IMG/VR virus record: IMGVR_UViG_3300037310_000404
Span: 1-64,000 of that record
Strand: one strand, 5' to 3'
Length of the DNA: 64,000 bases
Source: a virus
Shown here: positions 48,145 through 58,627 of the stretch, piece after piece
Numbering within the stretch: the first letter of the stretch is position 1
Layout: every line of letters begins with the position of its first letter
Made by a program: the position numbers and the translations under genes
The notes under the pieces: generated by a model
Databases searched by the model: none
What the model saw: only the letters and a program-made list of their open reading frames with translations
What the model was told of the DNA's origin: nothing

Positions 48145-50597
48145 ATTTCCTTAAGACATTTTTCGGACAGATATTAAGAAAGTCTGACGTTGATTTTCAG
48201 AATCAGGGGGCCAGAAAAGCCGCCGTCCAGACTCATATCGACTATACAAGAAATGTTGGCGGTGTAGTATCGGGATTGGATGTCTATAGATCAGTTGATG
48301 GTCTGTCGCTTCTGATTACTCCTGGAGTTTTCTATAGCAAGGGAAGCTTCATCGACTCAAATTCTCAAGGTGGCGGCGAAAGGTGTCAGATTTACGCTAC
48401 GCAGACAATTACAGGATTTCCATCCACACCACCGCTTAATGGACAACCAACATATCTGGCTATCTATGCGAAACCAATAAGCCAAAACAATAATCCTGAT
48501 CCTGGACAATCTCAAACTGTAGTAACTTCAAAAAATATTCAAACTGGAGAAAATATTCCAGTTAGACAATACACTGCTGGCATTATTTCTTACACCAACC
48601 CAATATTGGCATCCGAAGTCGTAAATGTAAGAGGAACCGTTTTGGCCCTGGTCCAAGTTGATTATAACGGGGTCACGAAAACATCTTCAAGTTTATCGGT
48701 TCAGGCTATCAACACTTCTGTTAAAGAAGATTACTTGATTGCCGGATTGATCGACGTACCAAAACAGAGGCTTGCTCAATTAGCCATCGAAGATAATTTC
48801 ATTCAGGCCAGAATGATAGATGATGGACAAATTATTTCCAGACATTTGGCTGATGGTCTTATCACATCTCAAAAGCTTGCGGTATGGGACGGCGTGTCGA
48901 CTGGAACCTCTTCTGGATCTGGCGTTGCTACTGGGCATATTAAAGATGGAGCCGTAACGTCTGCCCAGCTTAATCCTACTGGCTCGTTAGATAGATTCTC
49001 TCCATCCAACTATATCTTTAACGGATCATTTGATATTGTTCCAAATACGGCTGCAGAACCAGATCTTGTTGGCTGGACTATATATAATCAAATAACTGGC
49101 AATATCGCCTATTCCGGAAACGCGGCTGGGGTATTCAAAACTTCTACCGAATCTGTGTTTGGCGGAAATTCTGCTGTTATCGTAGGAGCCGATCCTACCA
49201 AGGTTCCTGGTGGACTAGTTCAGGGAATAGCCTTATATCAAGATGTCAATTTTACCGACCAGAGATTAAATAATAAAGATATCATGGCTTCATTTTATAT
49301 GAAGACTGATAACTCTGTTCCCATAGCTATACCTGGTATTACCGGAATAACGGCTACTGTTCAATTTCTATCCAGTAATACCCCGATCGGCACGGCCAGC
49401 GTTATCGTTAATTATACTGGCGCAGCTATAGATTGGACCAGATTTAACACAATAACGCCAATCAGATTTACCGATACCAGCACTACGGCCGACGGAATCA
49501 GATTCATGATTTCTGGAAACACAACAAATGCTGTTAATGTATACATAGATAATGTGTTTATCGGCGTAACAAACTTGTTGCCAGCGTGGACGCCATCAAG
49601 AGCAGATCTTGAATATTCAGATACGCTTAATAAAGCTAATGTAAACGCAGTTAATATTAATGCCACCAATATTATTACAAATAACATAACAGCTACAGCC
49701 TATAACTCTGTGGCTTCTGGAGTTTCTACCGTTGGAGCTATAAGCAATCCGTTCCAATCAATCAATGCCGATAACATCTATACAGGTGGCGAGCACTTAT
49801 ATTTGCAGACTGATAAGTTTGTATGTTTTACTGGAGTTGGAACATTCAATTGGGTTGTTCCACAAACTACTACTTATATTTCAATAGAGGCCGTTGGCGC
49901 GGGCGGCGGTGGAAGCGCTGGATCTGATGACTCTTCAATTTATGCCATTACGGCAAGCGAATGCGGTATTGGCGGTGGCGGAGGTGGTGCTGGGCAATAT
50001 GTAAAACAAACTATCGCCGTAGTTCCTGGAGAGGTTCTGCAAATAGCAGTCGGCGATGGTGGCAATGGTGGATTTGCTGGTGCCTTCACTGATAATATTA
50101 CTTTATATAATGGACAAAGCGGAACCAGTACTATAATAACTAGGCTCTCAAACAACAGCGTCTTGCTTCAGGCCTCGGCGGGTGCTGGTGGCGGATTGGC
50201 GTCGGGAGCAAACCTCATACGAAACGGCGGTTCTGGTGGTGGGGCATCTTATTTTTCCGTGAATACTATCAGTGTCAAGGGGCAGAATGGAGAAGCTGGG
50301 AATAACTATGGGCCAAGCCCGTTCCAGATTGGGCTTGTAGATAACTGCGGTGGCACTGGTGGCAGCGTAAAGGTTGGATCTTTTTCTTCTTCTGGCGGAT
50401 CTAGGGGCCTGGGATATACAGCTGGCGGATCGCATCCAGCCAATGTTTTACAAAATGGCGGGGGTGGTGCAGGTCCTGGCACCGGCGGTGGCGGGGGTGG
50501 TGGCAGCCGTTCTGGAGTCGCTAGTTCAGATCCTCTTGGAAGTCGTGGCGGCTATGGGGGAAAGGGAGCGCCTGGTGCTGCTATAATAAAATACTAA
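48141..50597 (+). CDS. Tail fibre / spike protein with CBM-like middle and Gly-rich C-terminal domain
   Basis: FFGQILRKSD attachment motif; NYIFNGSFD CBM-like start; IEAVGAGGGG...GGGGGGAGQY Gly-rich domain. Confidence 0.75.
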   Translation: MNFLKTFFGQILRKSDVDFQNQGARKAAVQTHIDYTRNVGGVVSGLDVYRSVDGLSLLITPGVFYSKGSFIDSNSQGGGERCQIYATQTITGFPSTPPLNGQPTYLAIYAKPISQNNNPDPGQSQTVVTSKNIQTGENIPVRQYTAGIISYTNPILASEVVNVRGTVLALVQVDYNGVTKTSSSLSVQAINTSVKEDYLIAGLIDVPKQRLAQLAIEDNFIQARMIDDGQIISRHLADGLITSQKLAVWDGVSTGTSSGSGVATGHIKDGAVTSAQLNPTGSLDRFSPSNYIFNGSFDIVPNTAAEPDLVGWTIYNQITGNIAYSGNAAGVFKTSTESVFGGNSAVIVGADPTKVPGGLVQGIALYQDVNFTDQRLNNKDIMASFYMKTDNSVPIAIPGITGITATVQFLSSNTPIGTASVIVNYTGAAIDWTRFNTITPIRFTDTSTTADGIRFMISGNTTNAVNVYIDNVFIGVTNLLPAWTPSRADLEYSDTLNKANVNAVNINATNIITNNITATAYNSVASGVSTVGAISNPFQSINADNIYTGGEHLYLQTDKFVCFTGVGTFNWVVPQTTTYISIEAVGAGGGGSAGSDDSSIYAITASECGIGGGGGGAGQYVKQTIAVVPGEVLQIAVGDGGNGGFAGAFTDNITLYNGQSGTSTIITRLSNNSVLLQASAGAGGGLASGANLIRNGGSGGGASYFSVNTISVKGQNGEAGNNYGPSPFQIGLVDNCGGTGGSVKVGSFSSSGGSRGLGYTAGGSHPANVLQNGGGGAGPGTGGGGGGGSRSGVASSDPLGSRGGYGGKGAPGAAIIKY

Positions 50598-50599
50598 CT

Positions 50600-53164
50600 A
50601 TGAATTTCCTAAAAACATTTTTTGGACAAATATTTAGAAAATCAGATATTGATTTTCAGAATTTTGGAGTCAGGGGCGCAATGGTCTCTGCTCACGTTGA
50701 TTTGTCTTTGAAAAATGGCGGAATTATCAGCGGTCTAAATTTGAGCAAGTCTATCGACAATAAGAGTATAACGGTTTCTCCTGGTGTTTTTTACAGTAAG
50801 GGGGATTTGTCGTCAGAAAACTCTCAGGGCGGAGGAGAGAGATGTCAGGTTTTCTCAACGCAGACAATAACCGGGCTTCCTGAAACACCGATAATCGTTG
50901 GCCAACAAACGTATCTTTTGATCTACGCAAAATCTACGCCTCAGAATAATAACCCTGACCCAACGGCATCTCAAACTATTTCTACATCAAAAAATGTAGC
51001 CACAAATGAGAATTTGCCAATTAGACAATATAACGGCGGTATCGTTGTTGTCACAAATCCAATTTTAAGAGCAGAGGTTGATAATATAGGCGGAGTGCCA
51101 ATCGCTCTATTAACTACGGATTCTGGCGGCAACATATTGACTCTAGACTTGAGCGTAAGACATAATTATGCAATTGGCGGAATTATAGATGTTCCGGAGC
51201 AGAGACTGTTGGATGTTGCGTTTTCTGATAATTTCATAATATCCAGAATGATCGATAACAATCAAGCCGTGTATGATAAGCTAGGAGAAGGCTTAGTTAT
51301 TTCCAATAAAATTGCTCTTTGGGACGGTATTTCCGAAACAGCCGCCTCTGGTTCTGGAATATCAACTGCTCATTTTAAGAGTGGGGTTGTTTCTGGTCCT
51401 AAACTTAGCCCGTCCTATGCCCTAGACCAGTACTCTTCTAAGAATTTTATTTTCAATGGATCTTTTGAAATTACTAAAAATACACCATCTGAGCCAGATA
51501 TGGTTGGATGGGACATCTACAATCAGGCTACCGGTGATGGTCTCTATTTCGGTCCACCAGCACTTGTTCAGAGAACAATAACTGAAGCAAACACCGGCTT
51601 TTATTCTGCCATGCTCCAAGGCGCGGATCCCAACTTTATTGCTGGTGGAAAAGTTTATGGGGTATCTATTTACCAAGATACCGCATTTCAAAATTTTCCA
51701 AATTTAAATAATTTAGATATCATGTCTTCTTTTTATATGAAGACATCTGCTCCCGTACCGGTAAACGTGTCAGGAGTATCCGGCATAAACGCTAGCATTC
51801 AATTCATATCCTCCGGATCCCTTGTTGATAGAGAATATACTATTGTCAATTATACTGGGGGTACATTGGGAGAATGGACAAGATTTCAAACAAACGAGCC
51901 AATAAAATATACTGGTAATCATATAGTTGATAGCATCAGATTTAGAATTTCTGGTAATATAACTAACTCTATAGCCATATTTATTGATGATGTATATGTG
52001 GGACCGTCTGATGTATTGGCTCCATGGGCACCATCGGATGCAGATTCGGATTACTCTAATGTTCTAAATATTAGAAATTTGAATATTAGCAATAATATTA
52101 TTAGCACGAACGTAGTTTCTGCTGGCATAACTGGAAATATACAATCTGCCGGGGCCGGTGTTAGCACGCTTGGCAGCCAAGCCAATCCTGTTAATTCTAT
52201 TTTTACAAACGATATAAATATACTCGGTCAAAAATATATTCCAGGGGCTCATAATTTTGTGGTTATAACTGGAACCGGATTAGTGTATTGGACAATACCG
52301 AGTGATGTAACCCATGTCGTAGCTGAGTTATGGGGCGCGGGCGGTGGTGGTGCCGCTGGAACTGACACCACTAGTTCTGGGGTTTATGCTCCTGTTCGAG
52401 GCCACGGTGGCGGAGGCGGCGGGGCTGGGCAGTATGTAAGAACGCTAATCCCGGGTGTTCTAAATCAGACCATCGTTGCAGATCTTGGAATTGGTGGCTC
52501 GGGTGGAATTGCCGGTGTTTCCGGAGCACCAATAAGCCAGTATCGCGGGAAAAATGGAACATCTACATTCCTCCGAGATACTGGAGGAGCCGTGCTGGCT
52601 GAAGCTATTGGCGGTTATGGCGGAGGATTTGGATACATAACTGGTGTTCTTACTCCAGTTGGAAATCCATACCTTTATAATTTTAGCAGCGGTGTGTTCG
52701 GCGGTTTCAGCACCTATTCGATTCTCGTGCCAACTACTATATCTTCAGGAGTTATTCTCGGTGGTTCTGGTGGCGGCTATTCATTATATCAGAACAACTC
52801 ACTATTCTTAGCTGGGGAAAATGGACAAGACTCAAATCAAGAGTTAAGGTCCAGTACGGTCCAGTTTACAGCTCCTGGCTGGGGCGGAGCGCTTGGACTC
52901 CCTGTGGCAATAACAAACAACGGCGGCTATGGTGGCGCGGCACATGGGTTTGAGGATCTTAGAGCAGCCGGAGGACTAGGGTTTTATGTTCCTAGCGGCG
53001 CAACATCTCCAGCGAGAACTCCTGATGCGGTATTCAATGGGATGACTGGAACTCTTGGCGCAGGTGGTGGTGGCGGCGGCGGAACTTTGGTTTACCCGGA
53101 AGTTCCGTATAGTGGCGGCAATGGTGGCCCAGGTGGAAATGGTTTTGTAATACTACACTACTAA
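50600..53164 (+). CDS. Tail fibre / spike protein, tandem paralogue of 48141..50597
   Basis: Near-identical N-terminus MNFLKTFFGQI.RKSD and the same domain order. Confidence 0.75.
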   Translation: MNFLKTFFGQIFRKSDIDFQNFGVRGAMVSAHVDLSLKNGGIISGLNLSKSIDNKSITVSPGVFYSKGDLSSENSQGGGERCQVFSTQTITGLPETPIIVGQQTYLLIYAKSTPQNNNPDPTASQTISTSKNVATNENLPIRQYNGGIVVVTNPILRAEVDNIGGVPIALLTTDSGGNILTLDLSVRHNYAIGGIIDVPEQRLLDVAFSDNFIISRMIDNNQAVYDKLGEGLVISNKIALWDGISETAASGSGISTAHFKSGVVSGPKLSPSYALDQYSSKNFIFNGSFEITKNTPSEPDMVGWDIYNQATGDGLYFGPPALVQRTITEANTGFYSAMLQGADPNFIAGGKVYGVSIYQDTAFQNFPNLNNLDIMSSFYMKTSAPVPVNVSGVSGINASIQFISSGSLVDREYTIVNYTGGTLGEWTRFQTNEPIKYTGNHIVDSIRFRISGNITNSIAIFIDDVYVGPSDVLAPWAPSDADSDYSNVLNIRNLNISNNIISTNVVSAGITGNIQSAGAGVSTLGSQANPVNSIFTNDINILGQKYIPGAHNFVVITGTGLVYWTIPSDVTHVVAELWGAGGGGAAGTDTTSSGVYAPVRGHGGGGGGAGQYVRTLIPGVLNQTIVADLGIGGSGGIAGVSGAPISQYRGKNGTSTFLRDTGGAVLAEAIGGYGGGFGYITGVLTPVGNPYLYNFSSGVFGGFSTYSILVPTTISSGVILGGSGGGYSLYQNNSLFLAGENGQDSNQELRSSTVQFTAPGWGGALGLPVAITNNGGYGGAAHGFEDLRAAGGLGFYVPSGATSPARTPDAVFNGMTGTLGAGGGGGGGTLVYPEVPYSGGNGGPGGNGFVILHY

Positions 53165-53185
53165 CAAATAAAATAAGGATAAAAC

Positions 53186-55783
53186 ATGGATAAGCCAATA
53201 TTTTTTGATCATCAGTTAATAAAGCCTTCGGACTTAGACTTTATGAGCGAGTCTTATACCAAGGCTATTGATGAAAATTTTACTGTTTTTTCTAACAGCG
53301 CGGCCGGGTTAGTTTCTGGTTTTAATATCACCGGAACAGTCGGGTCAAGCCAATTCTCCGTTTATGCTGGGGTTGCATATAATAATGCCGGAGAAAGGCT
53401 GCAAACTTATGCCACGTCAGGCGTGGTTATATCGTTTACTGGTACAAAAAATATATATGCTCGTCTAACCTCTGTATCTTATGACCCAAATCCAGCAACA
53501 AATCCAGGCGGCCCCAGCAACATTACTCAGTCGTTAAATCCAGACACAAATGCGTTGGTTGATACTAGATCATATAGCTATACCTATATAGATAGCACCG
53601 GCACAAGCTCCGATGTTGTGATTGGAACAGTTACCGCAGATTCTCTGTCTAAGTTCGTGTCGTCCAGCTCAAGTGGATCTCAGCACCTGCAGATTGCTGG
53701 CATGATAGATGTTTATGATGGAACTCTTGATCAGAGCGCATTTCAAATAGGAACAATTGATTCTGATAAATTCAATAATCCATTAAACTATACGATCAAC
53801 CTGAACACCGGAGTTGGCATCAATCTTGTTGGGAGCGGCTCCAACAGCATTGGTTCATCCACCAATCCGTTGGCTAACATCTATTCCAACAACGCCACGT
53901 TCCACCAAATCAATGGAATGTCACCAATTATCATAGATTCATTGTCTATGAAGCCGGGTGCAAGCATTAACCCGACATCTGGCCCGCTTATTTTTGATCA
54001 AAATGGTCTCGGTACTCAATTCGGCGGTTCCATACAGACTAATGAAATAAATGTTGGATTAAGCGGAAATATTCTTTTATATACACCAACTGGAAATATA
54101 ACCATACAGGCTGTGAATGGCGACGTCTCCGTAGCATCCGATCTGATCGTTGGTGGAGATATTCAGGCCGCAGGTGGCGCAAGCTTCCAGGATGGACTAA
54201 CTGTTTCTGGCGGCATAACGAATTTTGTTGGCAGCACTGTCGTTTTGAATCATGCCTCAGTTGATAAGAACTTAATATTTAATTCAGATTTTTCTATGGG
54301 TCTTCCGTTATACTATACCGGAACCAGCGTATTCAATAATCCTGGAAATAATATTGTAAACTTTAAGAGCGGATTAACAATTTTCTCACCTTGGGATGCC
54401 AGGTATTCTGGCACACTAATTCCTTATGCTTGGAACTTCTCTGGAACTCCCGGGTCAGTATTTAAGAATGGTACTTCTGAAGTTAACAGCGATGCCATTG
54501 GAATAAATGAAGTGCAGTCACTTATATTTACTCCGGCTCCAGGAACGGGAACATTCCAGATCCAATATACTGGAATACCGGCTCTGTTCTGGCCTAGCGG
54601 TACTGGTATTATCGCCACGACATCTACTCTAAACTATGATTCGACTAATATCCAGGTTCAAAGTGCTTTAGAAAATCTTGCAAACATAGGAAGCGGAAAC
54701 ATTACCGTTGCCGGTACAATGAGTGGTGGATTTTTCTTAACCTTTGGAAACGATCTCGGGTTTAAGAATCTTCCCCTTATATCGGTAGTCAATAATACTC
54801 TTTTGACAGGAGTAACTACATCGGTTGCCATTATATCAACGGTAACAAATGGATATACGCCTGTTTTCAATGCAATGAAGGATCAGTCTGTCTACACTGA
54901 TATTCCTAGATTGAATCACTACGCCCTGGTAAGCGGAAATAACGTGACCTCGGCGAGTGGCATATATTTTTCCGCGCCAATAGCGAACAGTAAGCCAGAC
55001 ACGACGTATAATGTCAGTTTATATTACAAATCGTTGCTTAGTGATTCCAATATTAATATTGGCGCTGCAATATCTGATTCAACTAATCCAAACGCCGTAG
55101 TCACAACCGGGTCTTATGTAAATTTTGATAAGACTAATAACTTCGCAACTTGGCAGAGGTTGTCAACAACGGTTGTTTCTCCGGGTATAACTGGTAATTT
55201 CCAAAACTTATTATTCCAAGTAAACTCTAGTGGTCTAACAACTAATACAGCGGCCATTGAGATTGCGGGTATCCAGATTACTGAGGGTGCAGACCTATTC
55301 CCATATTCAAGCGAAGATTCTGTTCGCTTCAGAATGTATGATCCGACTGGATTTATTGCATCTACGGGTGGATGGTCAGCACCAGTTTATGATTCTGCAA
55401 ATCATCTAACCTATAGAAACAGGGGTCTCGCCACCAACGAAAAGGTGTTGCTGGTTTCTGGATCGTTTTATTCTCCCGGTGGAATGGCTTCCATCATAGC
55501 CCAGGATACTTCATCACCCGGGCAGCATGTATATAAAACATTGCTGATAGACGGAACCCCTGTTGCATCTAGTATGAATAGGGATCCTGGCTTATGGCAC
55601 GCTGATTCTGTAGCATCAACTCAATATATACAAAAGGGTAAACATAACGTAGCATATATGTGGATTAATGGTGGCTCGGATGGCGCTCTTTGCTATATTA
55701 ATCTGTCCGGAAACGCATGGAGTCCAACAAGCATTGAGGGTATGATGATAACGGCCCCAAAGATAGAAGTCGTATTCCACTAA
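53186..55783 (+). CDS. Tail fibre-like protein with divergent C-terminal domain
   Basis: MDKPIFFDHQLIKPSDLDF attachment motif; KNLIFNSDF CBM-like start; one fibre module. Confidence 0.7.
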   Translation: MDKPIFFDHQLIKPSDLDFMSESYTKAIDENFTVFSNSAAGLVSGFNITGTVGSSQFSVYAGVAYNNAGERLQTYATSGVVISFTGTKNIYARLTSVSYDPNPATNPGGPSNITQSLNPDTNALVDTRSYSYTYIDSTGTSSDVVIGTVTADSLSKFVSSSSSGSQHLQIAGMIDVYDGTLDQSAFQIGTIDSDKFNNPLNYTINLNTGVGINLVGSGSNSIGSSTNPLANIYSNNATFHQINGMSPIIIDSLSMKPGASINPTSGPLIFDQNGLGTQFGGSIQTNEINVGLSGNILLYTPTGNITIQAVNGDVSVASDLIVGGDIQAAGGASFQDGLTVSGGITNFVGSTVVLNHASVDKNLIFNSDFSMGLPLYYTGTSVFNNPGNNIVNFKSGLTIFSPWDARYSGTLIPYAWNFSGTPGSVFKNGTSEVNSDAIGINEVQSLIFTPAPGTGTFQIQYTGIPALFWPSGTGIIATTSTLNYDSTNIQVQSALENLANIGSGNITVAGTMSGGFFLTFGNDLGFKNLPLISVVNNTLLTGVTTSVAIISTVTNGYTPVFNAMKDQSVYTDIPRLNHYALVSGNNVTSASGIYFSAPIANSKPDTTYNVSLYYKSLLSDSNINIGAAISDSTNPNAVVTTGSYVNFDKTNNFATWQRLSTTVVSPGITGNFQNLLFQVNSSGLTTNTAAIEIAGIQITEGADLFPYSSEDSVRFRMYDPTGFIASTGGWSAPVYDSANHLTYRNRGLATNEKVLLVSGSFYSPGGMASIIAQDTSSPGQHVYKTLLIDGTPVASSMNRDPGLWHADSVASTQYIQKGKHNVAYMWINGGSDGALCYINLSGNAWSPTSIEGMMITAPKIEVVFH

Positions 55784-55789
55784 TATTTG

Positions 55790-55817
55790 TTGATTAAAAA
55801 ATGGTTTTTGGTATAAT
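55790..55817 (+). promoter_or_regulatory. Sigma70-type promoter TTGATT-N16-TATAAT with TG extension
   Basis: Intergenic, at the transition from structural to non-structural genes. Confidence 0.6.
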
Positions 55818-55853
55818 AAATAAAGTTCTTAAAAATGGAAGGATGGCTGCGTA

Positions 55854-57368
55854 ATGATTAAAATTAACAGCGCTCAGGAAAAGTTTTTATTGAAATTAAT
55901 AAAAGAAGGTAAAACTAGGGATGAATGCAAAAGTCGTTTCCAAAGGCAGTTTAAGAGGGATATATCTTATGAAAAACTGAGACAAATAGCTGTTAAGTTC
56001 GGAAAATCGTTCAAGGCTAATACCGGACATTTTGATGAGGCGAAAAGGATATTTATTCAGAGTTTGATTAAAAAAGGCATGAGTCAGAGTGAGTGCAGGG
56101 CCGCCTTTAAAGAAAAATTCCATTCAATCATTGCAAGTGAAACTCTTAGAAGACAAGCTGTATTGGCCGGCCATCCATTCTCGGGAAAACATAAAAACGA
56201 GTTCAGCGAAGATGAAATTTCCATTCTAAGAGGAGCACTTCTTTTGAAAAAAAGGCCAACGCAATTAAGAAATGAACTCTCATCAAGAAACGCAAGTAGC
56301 ATAGAGAGCAAAATGAAAAAACTTAGGGCTGATGGTGTTGTTGGAGATGATGTCAGATCATCTATTGTAAAAGATATACGCAGCGGTAAGACCAATGAAC
56401 AATTAGCAAAAAAATACGGTATAAGCGTAAAGTATCTCAATGAATTTAGACGCGAACATGTGGTAAGGTCGCAGGTTGAAATTGAAAATCTTAAGCGCTG
56501 GGAAGAGGCAGATGTAAATGAGGTTCTTGATCTCATTGAAACGGCCCAAGAAAAGTTAAACAAGATAAGCTCAGAACAAGCAGAAGCTAACATAAAAATT
56601 ACTACGAACAACAAATATGTCGCTCTTGCATTCATTAGCGATATTCATCTTGAAAATGTAAATACTGATATTCGTCAGCTTCGCCAGGACATCGATACGA
56701 TTCGAAACACTAAGGATTTCTACGTCGGTTTTGGTGGCGATTTAGTTGACAACTTTATGGTAGGGCCTCACAAAGAGGGGACCGTGGAAGCTGTTGTCCC
56801 ACCGAAGGCTGCCAGAATTGCTGCTGGCAAGCTTTTTGATTCAATGAAGGGCCGTGTTCTCTGGACCATTATCGGCTGCCATGATGCATGGGATGCTAAT
56901 TACGCCGACTACAATCTTCCTGAGCATATCGCCAGAAAGCTCCGCGCTCCATATCTTGGCCATGGTGGAGATATTAACCTAACTTTGCAGAGAAATGGAT
57001 CGAACAAGATAGCAAGGTACAGTCTTCACGCCAGGCATAAGTATCGCGGATCTTCGAGTGGAAACGGAACCGCACCTTGCAAGCGAATTCTAACTGACAA
57101 AGATCCAAAGTTCGATATTGTTGCCATTAGCCATAATCACTTTGCCGAGATTAAGATAGAGCACTTCCTTGGCAAGAATCGCTGTTTCATAAGAACCGGA
57201 TCTTATAAAAAAGAAGATCGCTATAGCAAACAACTAGGATACGACAGCAATGACTTTAATGCCAAAATCCCTGTAGTGATTCTAAATACCGAAAACAAAG
57301 AAATGAAGATTGTTTCAGGTATTTCGAATGCTGCTGATATGCTGAAGGCTCTAAACAAAACAAAATAA
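55854..57368 (+). CDS. Multi-HTH protein fused to calcineurin-like metallophosphoesterase
   Basis: FISDIHLE, GGDLVD, IGCHD, ARHK and ISHNH motifs; duplicated N-terminal helical repeats. Confidence 0.8.
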   Translation: MIKINSAQEKFLLKLIKEGKTRDECKSRFQRQFKRDISYEKLRQIAVKFGKSFKANTGHFDEAKRIFIQSLIKKGMSQSECRAAFKEKFHSIIASETLRRQAVLAGHPFSGKHKNEFSEDEISILRGALLLKKRPTQLRNELSSRNASSIESKMKKLRADGVVGDDVRSSIVKDIRSGKTNEQLAKKYGISVKYLNEFRREHVVRSQVEIENLKRWEEADVNEVLDLIETAQEKLNKISSEQAEANIKITTNNKYVALAFISDIHLENVNTDIRQLRQDIDTIRNTKDFYVGFGGDLVDNFMVGPHKEGTVEAVVPPKAARIAAGKLFDSMKGRVLWTIIGCHDAWDANYADYNLPEHIARKLRAPYLGHGGDINLTLQRNGSNKIARYSLHARHKYRGSSSGNGTAPCKRILTDKDPKFDIVAISHNHFAEIKIEHFLGKNRCFIRTGSYKKEDRYSKQLGYDSNDFNAKIPVVILNTENKEMKIVSGISNAADMLKALNKTK

Positions 57369-57383
57369 TTCTCTGGTTTAAAA

Positions 57384-57800
57384 ATGAAAAAGCTTGTTTA
57401 CTTGTCGGGTATGATGGATGGCGTAAGTGCCGAAGAGGGAAAGGCCTGGAGAAAAAAGGCCACAGAATTCCTCAGAGAACATGGTTTCGATACGTATAAC
57501 CCCTACGATGGAGAGGAATACGAGGACAAAACCAATGCCAACGAAATAGCGCACAGGGATATATACTATTTGGATAAGTGCGACATAGTATTGGCCAACT
57601 TAGATTTACCTGAAACTCTAGAGAATAAGAAAATACCTTTCTTTACCATCGGCGAGATGTTTTTGGCAAATCGGCAAAGAAAACCAGTAGTTGCCTATAC
57701 GAACTGTTTAAAAGGGAGACCTGGCTATGACTTCGTAGTAACGAAATCTTTTAAGAATCTGGAAGACAGCCTCGATTATATCGTGGCAAATTATTTATAA
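57384..57800 (+). CDS. Nucleoside 2-deoxyribosyltransferase-like protein
   Basis: VYLSGMM...WR...YNPY...RDIYYLDKCDIVLANL...TIGEM pattern. Confidence 0.75.
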   Translation: MKKLVYLSGMMDGVSAEEGKAWRKKATEFLREHGFDTYNPYDGEEYEDKTNANEIAHRDIYYLDKCDIVLANLDLPETLENKKIPFFTIGEMFLANRQRKPVVAYTNCLKGRPGYDFVVTKSFKNLEDSLDYIVANYL

Positions 57801-57815
57801 GGTGGTCATGAGACC

Positions 57816-58202
57816 TTGTTTGAAAAGATTTCCTCGCGAGATTTAAGAAAAATCCCTGTCTACCTTGGCAAACGCCTCCTTATTTGCGAAGTCCCGGAAA
57901 CTCATGTCGAAATGAAAGAGGGGCTTAAGCATAGACCTATCTTGTTTGAACATCATGGTATGTTGTTTGATACTGGATCAAGATATCAACCGCTGTTTAC
58001 TATGAGAGATGTCCTTGTTGACTTAGAAGCAATATTTATTGGAGTTGATTACAAGATCAAAGATATAGTTCCAATGAGACGTATGGATGCATCAACAGCG
58101 TATACAACACCATTGAGAGTTCCGATACGATATGTTATGGAGTTGAATAAGGGTTACTGCAAAAAATACGGGATCTCTATAGGTGATGTAATACGAGTAT
58201 GA
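57816..58202 (+). CDS. DUF192 family protein
   Basis: GL.HR...GMLF...RYVMELNKG...GISIGD; TTG start. Confidence 0.8.
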   Translation: MFEKISSRDLRKIPVYLGKRLLICEVPETHVEMKEGLKHRPILFEHHGMLFDTGSRYQPLFTMRDVLVDLEAIFIGVDYKIKDIVPMRRMDASTAYTTPLRVPIRYVMELNKGYCKKYGISIGDVIRV

Positions 58203-58621
58203 AAAAACCAATAAAAAAATCATTAAAGAAGCAAAAGATCCAAAGCGACTCAACAACGGATGAGCTTATTAAGAGCAACATCAAGTTGTTTCAGCTATGT
58301 AATGAACTAAGTAACAGGGTATTTAGCACTGAGATCGCCACTCAAAAACTGGCGTCTAAAATGCAGGGCCTTGAAAAAGATAACATGGAATTGAGAAAAG
58401 TCCTGGATTTGATAGGTGAAAAGATTAAAGAAATAAAAGATGACATGATTGGCCCTGATGATGACCAAGATACTCCGGATCAAAACACGAGCGTATCTCC
58501 GGCTAAGAATATTCCACTTCACGACGATGTTACAGTAATGTGCAGTGTTTGTGATAAGGTATTCCATTCTTCTCTGAAAAAATGCCCAAATTGCGGCTTC
58601 AATAGAAAAGAAAGTAGGTAA
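58199..58621 (+). CDS. Coiled-coil protein with C-terminal zinc ribbon
   Basis: CSVC...CPNCG motif. Confidence 0.7.
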   Translation: MKKPIKKSLKKQKIQSDSTTDELIKSNIKLFQLCNELSNRVFSTEIATQKLASKMQGLEKDNMELRKVLDLIGEKIKEIKDDMIGPDDDQDTPDQNTSVSPAKNIPLHDDVTVMCSVCDKVFHSSLKKCPNCGFNRKESR

Positions 58622-58627
58622 CTATGA

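Noticed and set aside
14693-55783. Extracellular contractile injection system or T6SS instead of a phage
   Set aside because: Neck/adaptor genes, chaperone frameshift, HNH, lysis-like genes and phage-type accessory genes are present; no AAA+ ATPase or membrane complex genes.
36870-55783. Diversity-generating retroelement or invertible fibre cassette
   Set aside because: No reverse transcriptase or invertase, and no template/variable repeat pair differing at adenines was seen by eye; a self-alignment would be needed to exclude it fully.
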